NCBI GenBank assembly: GCA_007116495.1
Contig: SKIJ01000003.1
Location: 13,708-77,707, forward strand
Direction of reading: 5' to 3'
Source: Cryomorphaceae bacterium
Lineage (GTDB): Bacteria > Bacteroidota > Bacteroidia > Flavobacteriales > Schleiferiaceae
DNA: 64,000 nucleotides
Shown here: piece after piece, positions 49,994 through 59,081 of the stretch
How positions within the stretch are numbered: the first letter of the stretch is position 1
How the letters are laid out: each line of letters begins with the position of its first letter
Position numbers and translations under genes: made by a program
The notes under the pieces: model-generated
Told to the model about the DNA's origin: nothing
Database searches by the model: none
Seen by the model: only the letters and a program-made list of their open reading frames with translations

Positions 49994-51169
49994 ATGACGA
50001 ACCCTTTAAAAAAAATATGGCTTTCGCCCCCGCATATGAGCGGGAAAGAGCAGATGTACATCGACGATGCGTTCAACAGTAATTGGATTGCGCCACTCGG
50101 TCCAAATGTTGATGCATTTGAAGATGCTATTGCAGACTACGTAGGTTTATCACACGCTGCAGCTTTAAGTAGTGGTACAGCAGCCTTGCATATTGGGCTT
50201 AAGCTATTGAATGTACAACCTGGAGACTTAGTTATTTGCCAAAGCATGACCTTTGTAGCTTCTGCAAATCCTATATTATACTGCGGTGCAATTCCGGTTT
50301 TTGTAGATTCTGAAAGCGACACATGGAACATGTGTCCAGATGCAATGGAGGAAGCCATACGAGCTGCAACTAAGGGAACGCTTAAACATGCTGATGGCTC
50401 AAGAATACCCGCAAAAAAACCAAAAGCCATAATACCCGTTCATCTTTACGGAATGCCGGCAAAGATTAACGACATAAAAGCGATCGCTGATACCTATGAT
50501 ATACCCATATTGGAAGATGCGGCAGATTCACTTGGTAGTTCGGTAGATGGTAAGAAATGCGGAAGCTTTGGTGATCTTAGCGTAATTAGTTTTAACGGAA
50601 ATAAAATCATTACCACAAGTGGTGGAGGTGCGTTATTGTCTAATAAAAAATCAACGATACAATATGCACGTAATTTAGCCTCACAGGCACGAGACGAATC
50701 ACTTTATTATCAACACTCATCAATAGGGTATAATTACAGAATGAGCAATGTTCTTGCTGGAATTGGAAGAGCTCAGCTAACAGTTTTGAACGAGCGCATA
50801 CGCCAGCGTCGCGCCAATTTTGAAAAATACATCGCTTTTTTTGCCAACTACCCGGGTATTGAATCAACCTTAGAGAAAAATGGAATGTTGAGTAATCGTT
50901 GGTTATCAAGTTTTACATTTAATCCTAAGCAATTAAGCGGGGTTGATAGTAAAGCCATTATAGAAGCGCTCAATAAATCTAATATCGAAGCAAGACCATT
51001 TTGGAAACCCATGCACCTTCAACCACTTTTCAAAAATGCGCCCTATGTAGGTGCTGATATCGCTGAACACACATTTATTCGTGGTGTTTGTTTGCCTAGC
51101 GGAAGTGCACTTAATGACAACGACTTTGACAGAATATTCAGTACATTACAAACCATATTAAATTATTAA
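49994..51169 (+). CDS. DegT/DnrJ/EryC1/StrS-family (PglE-like) sugar aminotransferase.
   Basis: '[15 protein letters not shown]', 'DAADSLGS' and '[17 protein letters not shown]' (PLP Lys). Confidence 0.85.
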   Translation: MTNPLKKIWLSPPHMSGKEQMYIDDAFNSNWIAPLGPNVDAFEDAIADYVGLSHAAALSSGTAALHIGLKLLNVQPGDLVICQSMTFVASANPILYCGAIPVFVDSESDTWNMCPDAMEEAIRAATKGTLKHADGSRIPAKKPKAIIPVHLYGMPAKINDIKAIADTYDIPILEDAADSLGSSVDGKKCGSFGDLSVISFNGNKIITTSGGGALLSNKKSTIQYARNLASQARDESLYYQHSSIGYNYRMSNVLAGIGRAQLTVLNERIRQRRANFEKYIAFFANYPGIESTLEKNGMLSNRWLSSFTFNPKQLSGVDSKAIIEALNKSNIEARPFWKPMHLQPLFKNAPYVGADIAEHTFIRGVCLPSGSALNDNDFDRIFSTLQTILNY

Positions 51170-51171
51170 CA

Positions 51172-51762
51172 ATGTTTTCATTCATTATTTATGGTGGTGG
51201 AGGGTTTGGTCGAGAAGTGCGCAGTATGATTACTTCTCCCAATACCTTCAAAGGTTTTGTAGATGAAAAAGACATTGGTCGTCGGATTGGAAATGGTAAA
51301 TGGTTAGCTAACCGAAAAGAAAGCGAACACGTCCTTATAGCGATTGGCAACCCTCAAACAAGACGTTTGATTTGCAAGTCTTTGGAAGAAACGAGCCACA
51401 CGTTTCCCTCCTTGATGCATGAATCTACCATCATACAAGACAAACCATTTGTCACCATCAATCACGGTTGCATCATTGCCGCCCGTAACATTCTAACAAC
51501 AAACATTTACATTGGCGCATTTACCATCATTAATCTCAATTGCACCATTGGCCACGATGTCCGAATTGGTGATTTTGTCTCCATTATGGCGTCTGTAAAC
51601 GTTGGAGGTGGCGTATTGATTGAAGACGATGTGTACATAGGCAGTGGAGCTACCATATTGCCATACATTACAATTGGCAAAGGAGCCGTTGTGGGCGCTG
51701 GTGCAGTTGTAACGAAAAACGTACCCTCAGGCGCTACTGTAAAAGGCGTTCCTGCTAAGTAA
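51172..51762 (+). CDS. NeuD/PglD-family hexapeptide sugar N-acetyltransferase.
   Basis: N-terminal '[12 protein letters not shown]' and C-terminal left-handed beta-helix repeats, for example '[37 protein letters not shown]'. Confidence 0.8.
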   Translation: MFSFIIYGGGGFGREVRSMITSPNTFKGFVDEKDIGRRIGNGKWLANRKESEHVLIAIGNPQTRRLICKSLEETSHTFPSLMHESTIIQDKPFVTINHGCIIAARNILTTNIYIGAFTIINLNCTIGHDVRIGDFVSIMASVNVGGGVLIEDDVYIGSGATILPYITIGKGAVVGAGAVVTKNVPSGATVKGVPAK

Positions 51763-51764
51763 GT

Positions 51765-52748
51765 ATGATACACGATAGCCAATCATCAAAGGAAATACTC
51801 CGTTCATTATCATACGACCGTGTCGCCATAGTCACTGATAAACATGTTGAATCATTGGTTTGGCCACAAATGGATGAACTGCACCCATTTTCCAAAATAG
51901 TCATTGACCCTGGAGAGTCGTCCAAATCTCAAGCAACCGTTTCCTTTATTCTCGACCAAATGCATCAGGCAGGACTATCGCGTAAGTCGCTGTTGGTTGG
52001 CTTGGGCGGTGGTGTTGTCACTGACTTGGCCGGATACTGTGCCTCCATTTACATGCGTGGTATTGATGTCATGCACATTCCCACTACCCTATTGGCAATG
52101 GTAGACGCTGCCATAGGCGGAAAAACCGGCATCAATACACATTGGGGAAAAAACATGGTTGGAACATTCCATACCCCTGTAGCTATCCTCTATTTTCCTG
52201 ACGTTTTACAACATTTGCCAAAACGACATCACAAGGCAGGATTTGTTGAAGCGTGGAAAACGACCATTATGTGTAAGCCCAATGTGTGGAAAGAAATGGA
52301 ATATCCTCTAACGCGAAAACAAATTACCGATGTCGCAGAAACAAAATTGACTCTTGTTGAAACCGATATCACCGAAAAGGGCAAACGTGCTTGGCTGAAT
52401 TTTGGGCACAGCTTTGGGCATGCGTTTGAACACCTTTACCACTTAGAGTATGGACTACTGCACGGAGAAGCAATTGCCTGGGGAATGCTTACCGAAATGT
52501 ATTTTATTGACGAAAACACACACTACCGATCGTTCTGGACAAATTGGGTAAAAGCAAATATTCCTCCTTTGCCCTACAAGCCCGAACACTGCAACCAAGT
52601 GATAGAATTAATGCGTTCTGATAAGAAAAACAGCGCCGATGGCCAATACTTTGCTCTTCCATTCCCTTCAGGGTCAAAAATAGTCGCTGTGGATGAGGGG
52701 CAACAACGGGAAGCATTAAGATGGCTAGAAACGATAATCTATCACTAA
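51765..52748 (+). CDS. aroB: 3-dehydroquinate synthase.
   Basis: 'GLGGGVVTDLAGYCA', 'IPTTLLAMVDAAIGGKTGIN', 'GKNMVG', 'NFGHSFGHAFE' and 'HGEAIAWGM' conserve the DHQS nucleotide and metal ligands. Confidence 0.8.
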   Translation: MIHDSQSSKEILRSLSYDRVAIVTDKHVESLVWPQMDELHPFSKIVIDPGESSKSQATVSFILDQMHQAGLSRKSLLVGLGGGVVTDLAGYCASIYMRGIDVMHIPTTLLAMVDAAIGGKTGINTHWGKNMVGTFHTPVAILYFPDVLQHLPKRHHKAGFVEAWKTTIMCKPNVWKEMEYPLTRKQITDVAETKLTLVETDITEKGKRAWLNFGHSFGHAFEHLYHLEYGLLHGEAIAWGMLTEMYFIDENTHYRSFWTNWVKANIPPLPYKPEHCNQVIELMRSDKKNSADGQYFALPFPSGSKIVAVDEGQQREALRWLETIIYH

Positions 52749-52809
52749 GCGTTAATCGTGTAAACAATCAATGTATTAACACAATTAGATTGTAAATCAA
52801 CTCATCAAT

Positions 52810-55800
52810 CTAAGTGCCCATACCCCAGTGCACCCAGCTGTTCATTTTTAATAATTGACGAAGGAATGCTCGGTCGGCGGAAACACGACGACCACAGGTC
52901 ATATCAACTTTAGTTTTACCGGCTTTGATTTCTACCGACAATGGGAGTTCACCAGGGTTGGCATCGATGATTTGCTGCAACGATTCGATGCGTTCTTCTG
53001 TGGCTTTGTCAATCATTACTGAAAGTTTAAGACTCTTAAGTGATTTTTCCAGTACTTCAGAGAGCAGCATCATGTGCGTAAACTTTTCACGCGGATCTCC
53101 AATGGTCCCATCTTGGCGTCGATAACCGGATTGTATGTTCATTTTAAAAAGCACAAAACAACCTTCGAATAGGTAATTGCGATATTTGACGTAGTCGTCG
53201 CCAAAGAGGCGAAACTCATGCGCTCCACTATGGTCAAGGATATGGAAAATACCGAAGGGCTTACCATCTCGCGAACTTGTGCGGTGCTGTACGCCCGTAA
53301 CCATTCCTGCCATTGTAAACTCAGGACTTGTTACCTGTCGCTGATCATCTGCCATCTTCGGCAGGTAGTCGTTGAGGTTGCGATTGAGCATTGACAGTTT
53401 ATGACGAACAAACATATCGATTTCTAACTTGTAATCATCTAAGGGATGACTACTAATGTATACGCCGTTAACATCCTTTTCCTTGTTGAGCAGTACCATG
53501 CGATCCCATTCGGGTACTTGAGGCACATCGGGCGTTTGGATTTGGATGTCTTCCATATCACCGAATAAAGTAGCTTGAGAGCTTTGCTGATCACTTTGCA
53601 ACGCTTGACCAAACTTAACAAGTACTTCTAAAAATATTTTACCATCTGAAACTTCATGAAAATACGCTGCTCGAGCAATTTTGAAGTCATCAAAGGCGCC
53701 GCTGAGGATAAGGTTCTCCACGCATTTTTTATTAACTGATTTCCAATCGGTGCGTTTGGCAAAATCAAATAAGTCGGTGTACAATCCATTTGCCTCTCGC
53801 TCGGCTATGATGCTTCTGGCTGCATTTTCACCTACTCCTTTTATCCCAGCCAGTCCGAAAACAATTTGCTTATCTTTATTTACGGTAAAGTCCAATTTAC
53901 TCTCGTTTACTGAAGGCACGCGTACCTTAATGTCAACCGCTTTACAAGCTTCCATATACAACCCCAACGTCTTGATGTCATTGAGGTTATTTGATAACAC
54001 GGAAGCATAAAATGCCTCGGGATGATGTGCTTTTAGGTAGGCCGTTTGAAAGGCCACGTAGGCATAACAGGTAGAGTGCGACTTATTAAACGCATAGGCA
54101 GCAAACTTTTCCCAGTCTGTCCAGATCTTTTCCAGTATTTCCGGTGGATGGCCTTTGGCATTTGCCTGCTCAATAAACTTGGGTTTCATAGCGTCGAGTA
54201 CAGCGCGTTGCTTTTTACCCATTGCTTTACGCAGCACATCGGCCTCGCCCTTGGTAAAGTCAGCCAAATGCTGCGACAAAAGCATCACCTGTTCTTGATA
54301 AACCGTGATTCCATAAGTTTCCTTGAGATGCCCTTCCATTTCCGGCAAGTCATACACAATGTCCTCTTCACCATGCTTTCGTTTTATAAAAGAGGGGATA
54401 TAATCCATAGGGCCTGGTCTATACAAGGCATTCATGGCGATGAGGTCTTCAAAAACCGTTGGTTTCAATTCGCGTAAATTTGAGCGCATACCAGCAGATT
54501 CGTACTGGAATATACCCATTGTATCACCGCGCTGAAACAGCTCGTAAGTTTTTTCGTCTTCCAATGGCACCATCTCAGGATCAATGCGATCACCGGTAAG
54601 TTCTTCGATGATGTCTACCGCTTTTTTAATGATGGACAACGTTCTCAGCCCTAAAAAGTCCATCTTTAACAAGCCTGCATTTTCCACCACGGCGTTGTCA
54701 AACTGGGTGTACCAAAGTTCTGAGTCTTTGGAGGTCGCTACCGGAATAAACTCGCGTATGTCTGATGGAGTAATGATGACTCCACAGGCATGTATGCCCG
54801 TATTGCGCACGGAACCCTCCAATATGGTTGCTTGCTGAAGCACTTTAGACTCCGGCGATGAACCGGTGTAAAGATTGCGTAACACCATTGCGCTTTCCCA
54901 TTCCTCCGAACGTATTTTGTCTTTAAGTTGTTTTTCATCTGAATTAAAGAGTTTGGAAAGTGAGAGGTTATTGGGAACCATCTTGGCCAGTCTGTCGGTA
55001 TCGGATAACGGTAATTCCATTACCCGTCCGGTATCGCGTATGGCTGACTTAGCAGCCATTTTACCGTAAGTGATGATTTGTGCTACTTGATTTTCCCCGT
55101 ACTTATCAATCACGTACTGAATGACTTTTCCTCTGCCTAGGTCATCAAAATCAATATCAATATCGGGAAGTGATACACGTTCCGGATTGAGGAAACGCTC
55201 AAAAAGTAAATCATACTTTATGGGGTCTATATTGGTAATTCCATTGCAGTAAGCTACCACCGAGCCCGCAGCAGACCCCCTACCTGGACCAACGGAAACA
55301 CCCATATTTCGAGCTTCGTTGCAGAAATCCTGAACAATGAGAAAATAGCCGGGATATCCTGTTTTGGCAATGGTTTCCAATTCAAAGTCGATGCGCTCAC
55401 AGATGTCATCTGTCAGTGTACCGTAGCGTTCCTTGGCGCCCTCGTAAGTAAGGTAACGTAGATAGGCATTTTCACCGCGTTTCCCACCGTCTTCAGCGTC
55501 TTTGCTATCTTGAAATTCCTCGGGTATGTCGAACGCGGGCAAGAGCACATCACGCGCAAGAGTATAGTCTTCTACCTTGTCGAGCACTTCATTCAAGTTG
55601 GTGATTGCCTCGGGGACATCGGCAAAGCGACGCTTCATTTCCTCAGGCGATTTGAAATAAAACTGATCGTTGGGGAAGCCGAAACGAAACCCACGACCGC
55701 GACCAATAGGTGTGCTCTGACGTTCACCTTCTTTTACGCAGAGAAGAGCGTCGTGGGCATTGGCGTCGCCCTGTTCAAGATAATAATTATCATTGGCGGC

Positions 55801-57207
55801 AATGAGTTTAATGTTGTGTTTGCGCGCCAAAGCAATCAATATGGGATTCACCCTTTCTTCTTCGGGTAAATCGTGCCGTACCAATTCTATGTAAAAATCA
55901 TCACCAAAGTGTGATAACCACCACAAAAGTGCTTCTTCGGCCTTCGCTTCCCCTTCTTGTAAAATCAGTTGGGGAATTTCACCAGATATACCACCGGACG
56001 TTACAATGATGTTGTCCTTGTGTTTAAGAAGCGCATCACGATCAATCCGCGGAACGTAGTAAAACCCTTCAAGGTATCCAATCGAAGACAGCTTGGCTAG
56101 ATTGTGATAGCCCAATTTATTTTTAGCGATAAACACAATTTGATAGCCATTGTCTTTAGAGCTGTGATTCAATCGGTCTTTACACAAAAACAGCTCTACG
56201 CCAACGACGGCTTTCATGGTATGTGGCAAGTGCTCGGGGTTGCTTTCTTGCTTTTGCTTCTCGCCTTTATTGTAGCGTTCAACTTCAGAAATGAAGTGAA
56301 AGGCACCCATCATATTACCGAGGTCGGTCATGCTCACTGCGGGCATTTTCAAATCAGCCGCTTTTTTTACCAATGCCGGGATTTCGGTGGTTGACTGAAG
56401 CACCGAGTATTGCGTATGGTTATGAATGTGGAAGAAATCAACTGTTGCAAGTTGAGCTAAATTTTCCTCTAAGGCTTCTGTGCTTATGCCATCTTCATCC
56501 GATTTAATCAGCTCGGCGCTTTTCTTTTTGAGGTTTTGGTGTATTAGACCATACTTACCAATAGGATCTTGATGCTTTGCTTGAAATGCAGCAACGTAAT
56601 CGTCACCATTATCGAGTTGCTTGTTGGTAAAATGTCCTCGACGTATTAATTCAAAAAAGCAACGCGCAGTGGCCTCCACATCAGCGGTGGCATTATGAGC
56701 TTCCGCAAAGGGTACACCAAATAAAAATTGATGGAGTTCAGTTAGATTTGGCAATTTAAAACGACCACCCCTACCTCCTGGTAACTTCAGCAGTTGAGCG
56801 GATTCTTCCGTACACGTATCGAGTACCGGTGTGGATTCGATGGCGGCGTATTCCATCCCAGCACGCACCAACTCAGAACCTACAATATTGACATCAAAGC
56901 TAAGGTTTTGTCCGACCTGAAAACGACATGCTTTAAGTGCTTTTAAAAAGTGCTCAAGGGCTTCTGAAATCGGTATACCCTCTTTTTGTGCTAAAGCCGT
57001 AGAAATACCGTGAACCTTTTCCGCATCGTAAGGGATATCAAATCCATCCGGTTGAATGAGATAATCAACGTGCTCCACCAATTGCCCCATATCGTCGTGC
57101 AACTGCCAAGCGATTTGAACCATTCTCGGCCAATTATCAATATCGGTGAATGGCTTATTCCAGTCTTTCGGAAGCCCGGTGGTTTCGGTGTCAAATACTA
57201 AATACAT
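52810..57207 (-). CDS. dnaE: DNA polymerase III alpha subunit with an N-terminal fused DnaQ-type 3'-5' exonuclease domain.
   Basis: N-terminal ~190 aa: 'VFDTETTGLP' (ExoI), 'GQNLSFDVNIV' (ExoII), 'HNATADVEA' (ExoIII, DEDDh). PHP domain 'FFHIHNHTQYSVLQS' follows. The polymerase core includes 'GYPGYFLIVQDF' and 'GPGRGSAAGS', and there is a C-terminal OB region. Confidence 0.92.
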   Translation of the reverse strand: MYLVFDTETTGLPKDWNKPFTDIDNWPRMVQIAWQLHDDMGQLVEHVDYLIQPDGFDIPYDAEKVHGISTALAQKEGIPISEALEHFLKALKACRFQVGQNLSFDVNIVGSELVRAGMEYAAIESTPVLDTCTEESAQLLKLPGGRGGRFKLPNLTELHQFLFGVPFAEAHNATADVEATARCFFELIRRGHFTNKQLDNGDDYVAAFQAKHQDPIGKYGLIHQNLKKKSAELIKSDEDGISTEALEENLAQLATVDFFHIHNHTQYSVLQSTTEIPALVKKAADLKMPAVSMTDLGNMMGAFHFISEVERYNKGEKQKQESNPEHLPHTMKAVVGVELFLCKDRLNHSSKDNGYQIVFIAKNKLGYHNLAKLSSIGYLEGFYYVPRIDRDALLKHKDNIIVTSGGISGEIPQLILQEGEAKAEEALLWWLSHFGDDFYIELVRHDLPEEERVNPILIALARKHNIKLIAANDNYYLEQGDANAHDALLCVKEGERQSTPIGRGRGFRFGFPNDQFYFKSPEEMKRRFADVPEAITNLNEVLDKVEDYTLARDVLLPAFDIPEEFQDSKDAEDGGKRGENAYLRYLTYEGAKERYGTLTDDICERIDFELETIAKTGYPGYFLIVQDFCNEARNMGVSVGPGRGSAAGSVVAYCNGITNIDPIKYDLLFERFLNPERVSLPDIDIDFDDLGRGKVIQYVIDKYGENQVAQIITYGKMAAKSAIRDTGRVMELPLSDTDRLAKMVPNNLSLSKLFNSDEKQLKDKIRSEEWESAMVLRNLYTGSSPESKVLQQATILEGSVRNTGIHACGVIITPSDIREFIPVATSKDSELWYTQFDNAVVENAGLLKMDFLGLRTLSIIKKAVDIIEELTGDRIDPEMVPLEDEKTYELFQRGDTMGIFQYESAGMRSNLRELKPTVFEDLIAMNALYRPGPMDYIPSFIKRKHGEEDIVYDLPEMEGHLKETYGITVYQEQVMLLSQHLADFTKGEADVLRKAMGKKQRAVLDAMKPKFIEQANAKGHPPEILEKIWTDWEKFAAYAFNKSHSTCYAYVAFQTAYLKAHHPEAFYASVLSNNLNDIKTLGLYMEACKAVDIKVRVPSVNESKLDFTVNKDKQIVFGLAGIKGVGENAARSIIAEREANGLYTDLFDFAKRTDWKSVNKKCVENLILSGAFDDFKIARAAYFHEVSDGKIFLEVLVKFGQALQSDQQSSQATLFGDMEDIQIQTPDVPQVPEWDRMVLLNKEKDVNGVYISSHPLDDYKLEIDMFVRHKLSMLNRNLNDYLPKMADDQRQVTSPEFTMAGMVTGVQHRTSSRDGKPFGIFHILDHSGAHEFRLFGDDYVKYRNYLFEGCFVLFKMNIQSGYRRQDGTIGDPREKFTHMMLLSEVLEKSLKSLKLSVMIDKATEERIESLQQIIDANPGELPLSVEIKAGKTKVDMTCGRRVSADRAFLRQLLKMNSWVHWGMGT

Positions 57208-57364
57208 TGAATATCAGTCTAAAAAATCAACGGCAAACGTTTGTTTCTACAAGGCTAAAAGTACAAAACCATCCCCCACGGCAGGGATTTAGTTATTCAC
57301 AATTCAGGATTTGAACGGTGCAAAGTTTTTAAACATGTGACTTTAGAATGCAGTGTGTTATTTG

Positions 57365-57372
57365 TAATTTTG
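57365..57372 (+). promoter_or_regulatory. -7 promoter box (TAATTTTG) for tRNA-Leu.
   Basis: TAnnTTTG match 12 nt upstream of the tRNA 5' end. Confidence 0.5.
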
Positions 57373-57384
57373 TCGCATTATTTT

Positions 57385-57466
57385 GCCCAGGTGGTGAAAT
57401 TGGTAGACACGCTGTCTTCAGGCGGCAGTGCTTAATCGCGTGCTGGTTCGAGTCCAGTCCTGGGCA
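57385..57466 (+). tRNA. tRNA-Leu (anticodon CAG), class II with a long variable arm.
   Basis: GCCCAGG acceptor stem pairing with CCTGGGC, anticodon stem CTGTC/GGCAG with loop TTCAGGC, a 13-nt variable arm, T-loop TTCGAGT. CCA is not encoded. Confidence 0.92.
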
Positions 57467-57471
57467 CAACA

Positions 57472-57506
57472 AAACCTCGTTTGGAAAAAAAATCCAACGA
57501 GGTTTT
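57472..57506. terminator. Bidirectional rho-independent terminator (tRNA-Leu / Fur-family gene).
   Basis: Stem aacctcgtttgg / ccaacgaggtt (one bulged t), an A-rich loop, and T residues downstream. Confidence 0.75.
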
Positions 57507-57507
57507 C

Positions 57508-57897
57508 TTATTTATTGCACTTTGGACATACACCACTAACCAAAAAATTTGTATTTTCAACCGTGTAAGATGACGGTAACGACAAGGCTACAGTTTGTTC
57601 CATGCAGCTGATTGTATCGCATTGGGTACATCGAAAATGAATGTGGTTGTCACGATGATGGTCATGGTTGCAATCGCTTTCACATCGTGCAAAGTGAGCC
57701 ACGCCATCTCGACTAACAATCTTGTGAACAATCCCATCCTCTTCAAATCGATTGAGAATGCGGTATATGGTGACTCTATTCATCTTATCGCCTAAAGCCT
57801 TTTCTAGCATTTCGTGTGATATTGCCTGATCATTTTCATTGAAAAAATCCAATACCAATTTTTGAGATTTTGTCTGTCGTCGTTGCGTCTTTGCCAT
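57508..57897 (-). CDS. Fur-family metalloregulator with a structural Cys4 site and a His-rich sensing region (Fur/Zur/PerR type; metal unassigned).
   Basis: 'TKSQKLVLDFF...ISHEMLEKAL...NRVTIYRILNRFEEDGIVHKI', then 'CESDCNHDHHRDNHIHFRCTQC...CPKC'. The ATG at 57897 ('MAKTQRRQ') lies 4 nt downstream of a TACCTTTG box. Confidence 0.8.
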   Translation of the reverse strand: MAKTQRRQTKSQKLVLDFFNENDQAISHEMLEKALGDKMNRVTIYRILNRFEEDGIVHKIVSRDGVAHFARCESDCNHDHHRDNHIHFRCTQCDTISCMEQTVALSLPSSYTVENTNFLVSGVCPKCNK

Positions 57898-57901
57898 AAA
57901 G

Positions 57902-57909
57902 CAAAGGTA
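57902..57909 (-). promoter_or_regulatory. -7 promoter box (TACCTTTG), predicting a leaderless Fur-family mRNA.
   Basis: TAnnTTTG match on the minus strand, 4 nt upstream of the ATG at 57897. Confidence 0.45.
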
Positions 57910-58042
57910 CAAACAGACATGAATTTCTTCTATTTACTTTTTGTACGTTAGACACCGTACTCAGGCGTTCTTGTGAACATTTAAAATGATTTGAACAATG
58001 ATCAAACTTGTAAACGTCATTTTTCAAAAACGAATATTTGTA

Positions 58043-58062
58043 AAAATGATAGATGATCAAAA
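58043..58062. promoter_or_regulatory. Candidate Fur-family operator (AAAATGATAGATGATCAAAA) upstream of the unknown-function operon.
   Basis: It contains TGAT-N5-ATCA and AATGAT hexamers like the classical Fur box GATAATGATAATCATTATC. A related copy, AAAATGAT-N7-ATGATCAAA, lies at 57983-58006. It sits about 23-42 nt upstream of the -7 box at 58085. Confidence 0.3.
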
Positions 58063-58084
58063 CCTCACACCATATATATTCGTT

Positions 58085-58092
58085 TATATTTG
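58085..58092 (+). promoter_or_regulatory. -7 promoter box (TATATTTG) for the 58098-59501 operon.
   Basis: TAnnTTTG match 5 nt upstream of the ATG at 58098, predicting a leaderless or near-leaderless mRNA. Confidence 0.45.
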
Positions 58093-58097
58093 CAAAA

Positions 58098-58580
58098 ATG
58101 AACAACGTGTCTAAAGAAAACAACGATTTCGTCAATCCAATAGATCCGGATAAAATTACGGAAAACCCCTCTACCCTTCCCTATTCACATACGGTAGGTG
58201 GTGCTGTTATTCGTCCGGATGATTTAAAGAAGAATAAGAGCCGTGCGCTTTCTGCAATGGAAGAGCAAACAGATCGTCAGCTCGATCAAATCCGCAAACA
58301 AATTGACCTCTTAGCACAGCAAGCTAAAGAAATACACGAACGCAAAACGCTTTCCGAAATGATTTACTTGGCCAAGATAGGGTTCAAGCCGGAGATCAAT
58401 CACGTTTACCACCTTTATCAAAAAACTGAAGAGGATCCTGAGCACCCGTTCGTGCTTTCTATGGTTGGTCCTGTTGAATGGGGTCGTTCTAAACCTCCCG
58501 GCACGTTTGTTTACTCTGTTAAGCTTCTTGCCGATCATACATGGGACGTCGTTGATAAACCAAATGACAAATCATCATGA
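58098..58580 (+). CDS. Hypothetical protein, possibly DUF2452-like.
   Basis: No catalytic motif is recognisable. 'NPIDPDKITENPSTLPYSHTVGGAVIRP' and a central coiled-coil-like 'EEQTDRQLDQIRKQIDLLAQQAKEIHE' resemble what I recall of DUF2452-annotated Bacteroidota proteins; unverified. The ATG at 58098 is preferred over 58053. Confidence 0.6.
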   Translation: MNNVSKENNDFVNPIDPDKITENPSTLPYSHTVGGAVIRPDDLKKNKSRALSAMEEQTDRQLDQIRKQIDLLAQQAKEIHERKTLSEMIYLAKIGFKPEINHVYHLYQKTEEDPEHPFVLSMVGPVEWGRSKPPGTFVYSVKLLADHTWDVVDKPNDKSS

Positions 58581-59074
58581 CTACCCAAACCATTCACCTT
58601 TCACCGGAATACCCCACCAAATGCAAGGTTTGTGATGCCGAGATTTTAATTGGCGATCCACATGTTACCGAAAAAGCTTGGAAAAAATATGGCGACCTTG
58701 GATGGTCAGTGATTTTCGACATCACCTTATGCATGGGGTGCACACGGAATAAACAACAAAACATTTCCCAAGAATCGCGCCGGCGCATAGAAGCCTACAT
58801 CGCAGAAAACAACCCTAATTCAACCGACGACGCCTTTGAACAGTGTCATATTACCGGAAAACCTTTAACGGATTGTCATTTTGTTCAAGGAGCCATGATG
58901 GTACACGGAAACCAAACTGCAATCATCATGATGAGTGATGAAGCCATTGAGGCGCTACAAAATCAGCTCTCTGAGGAAACAAAAGACGAACTCGATCGCT
59001 TTGCTGAAGAACAACTCGGCCCTCCCGGCGCGTGGAAAGACTTGTTTTCACCAACTCGGCCAATTTTAATGTAA
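58577..59074 (+). CDS. Hypothetical Cys-containing protein, a possible Zn-ribbon.
   Basis: 'KCKVCDAEI' and 'LCMGCTRNK' are two CxxC pairs about 35 residues apart. There are additional Cys/His residues ('QCHITGKPLTDCHF'). Its ATGA overlaps the upstream gene. Confidence 0.6.
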   Translation: MTTQTIHLSPEYPTKCKVCDAEILIGDPHVTEKAWKKYGDLGWSVIFDITLCMGCTRNKQQNISQESRRRIEAYIAENNPNSTDDAFEQCHITGKPLTDCHFVQGAMMVHGNQTAIIMMSDEAIEALQNQLSEETKDELDRFAEEQLGPPGAWKDLFSPTRPILM

Positions 59075-59081
59075 TCATTAT

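Noticed and set aside
57348-57539. 63-aa plus-strand ORF in the track.
   Set aside because: It runs straight through tRNA-Leu(CAG) and its terminator hairpin, so it is not a gene.
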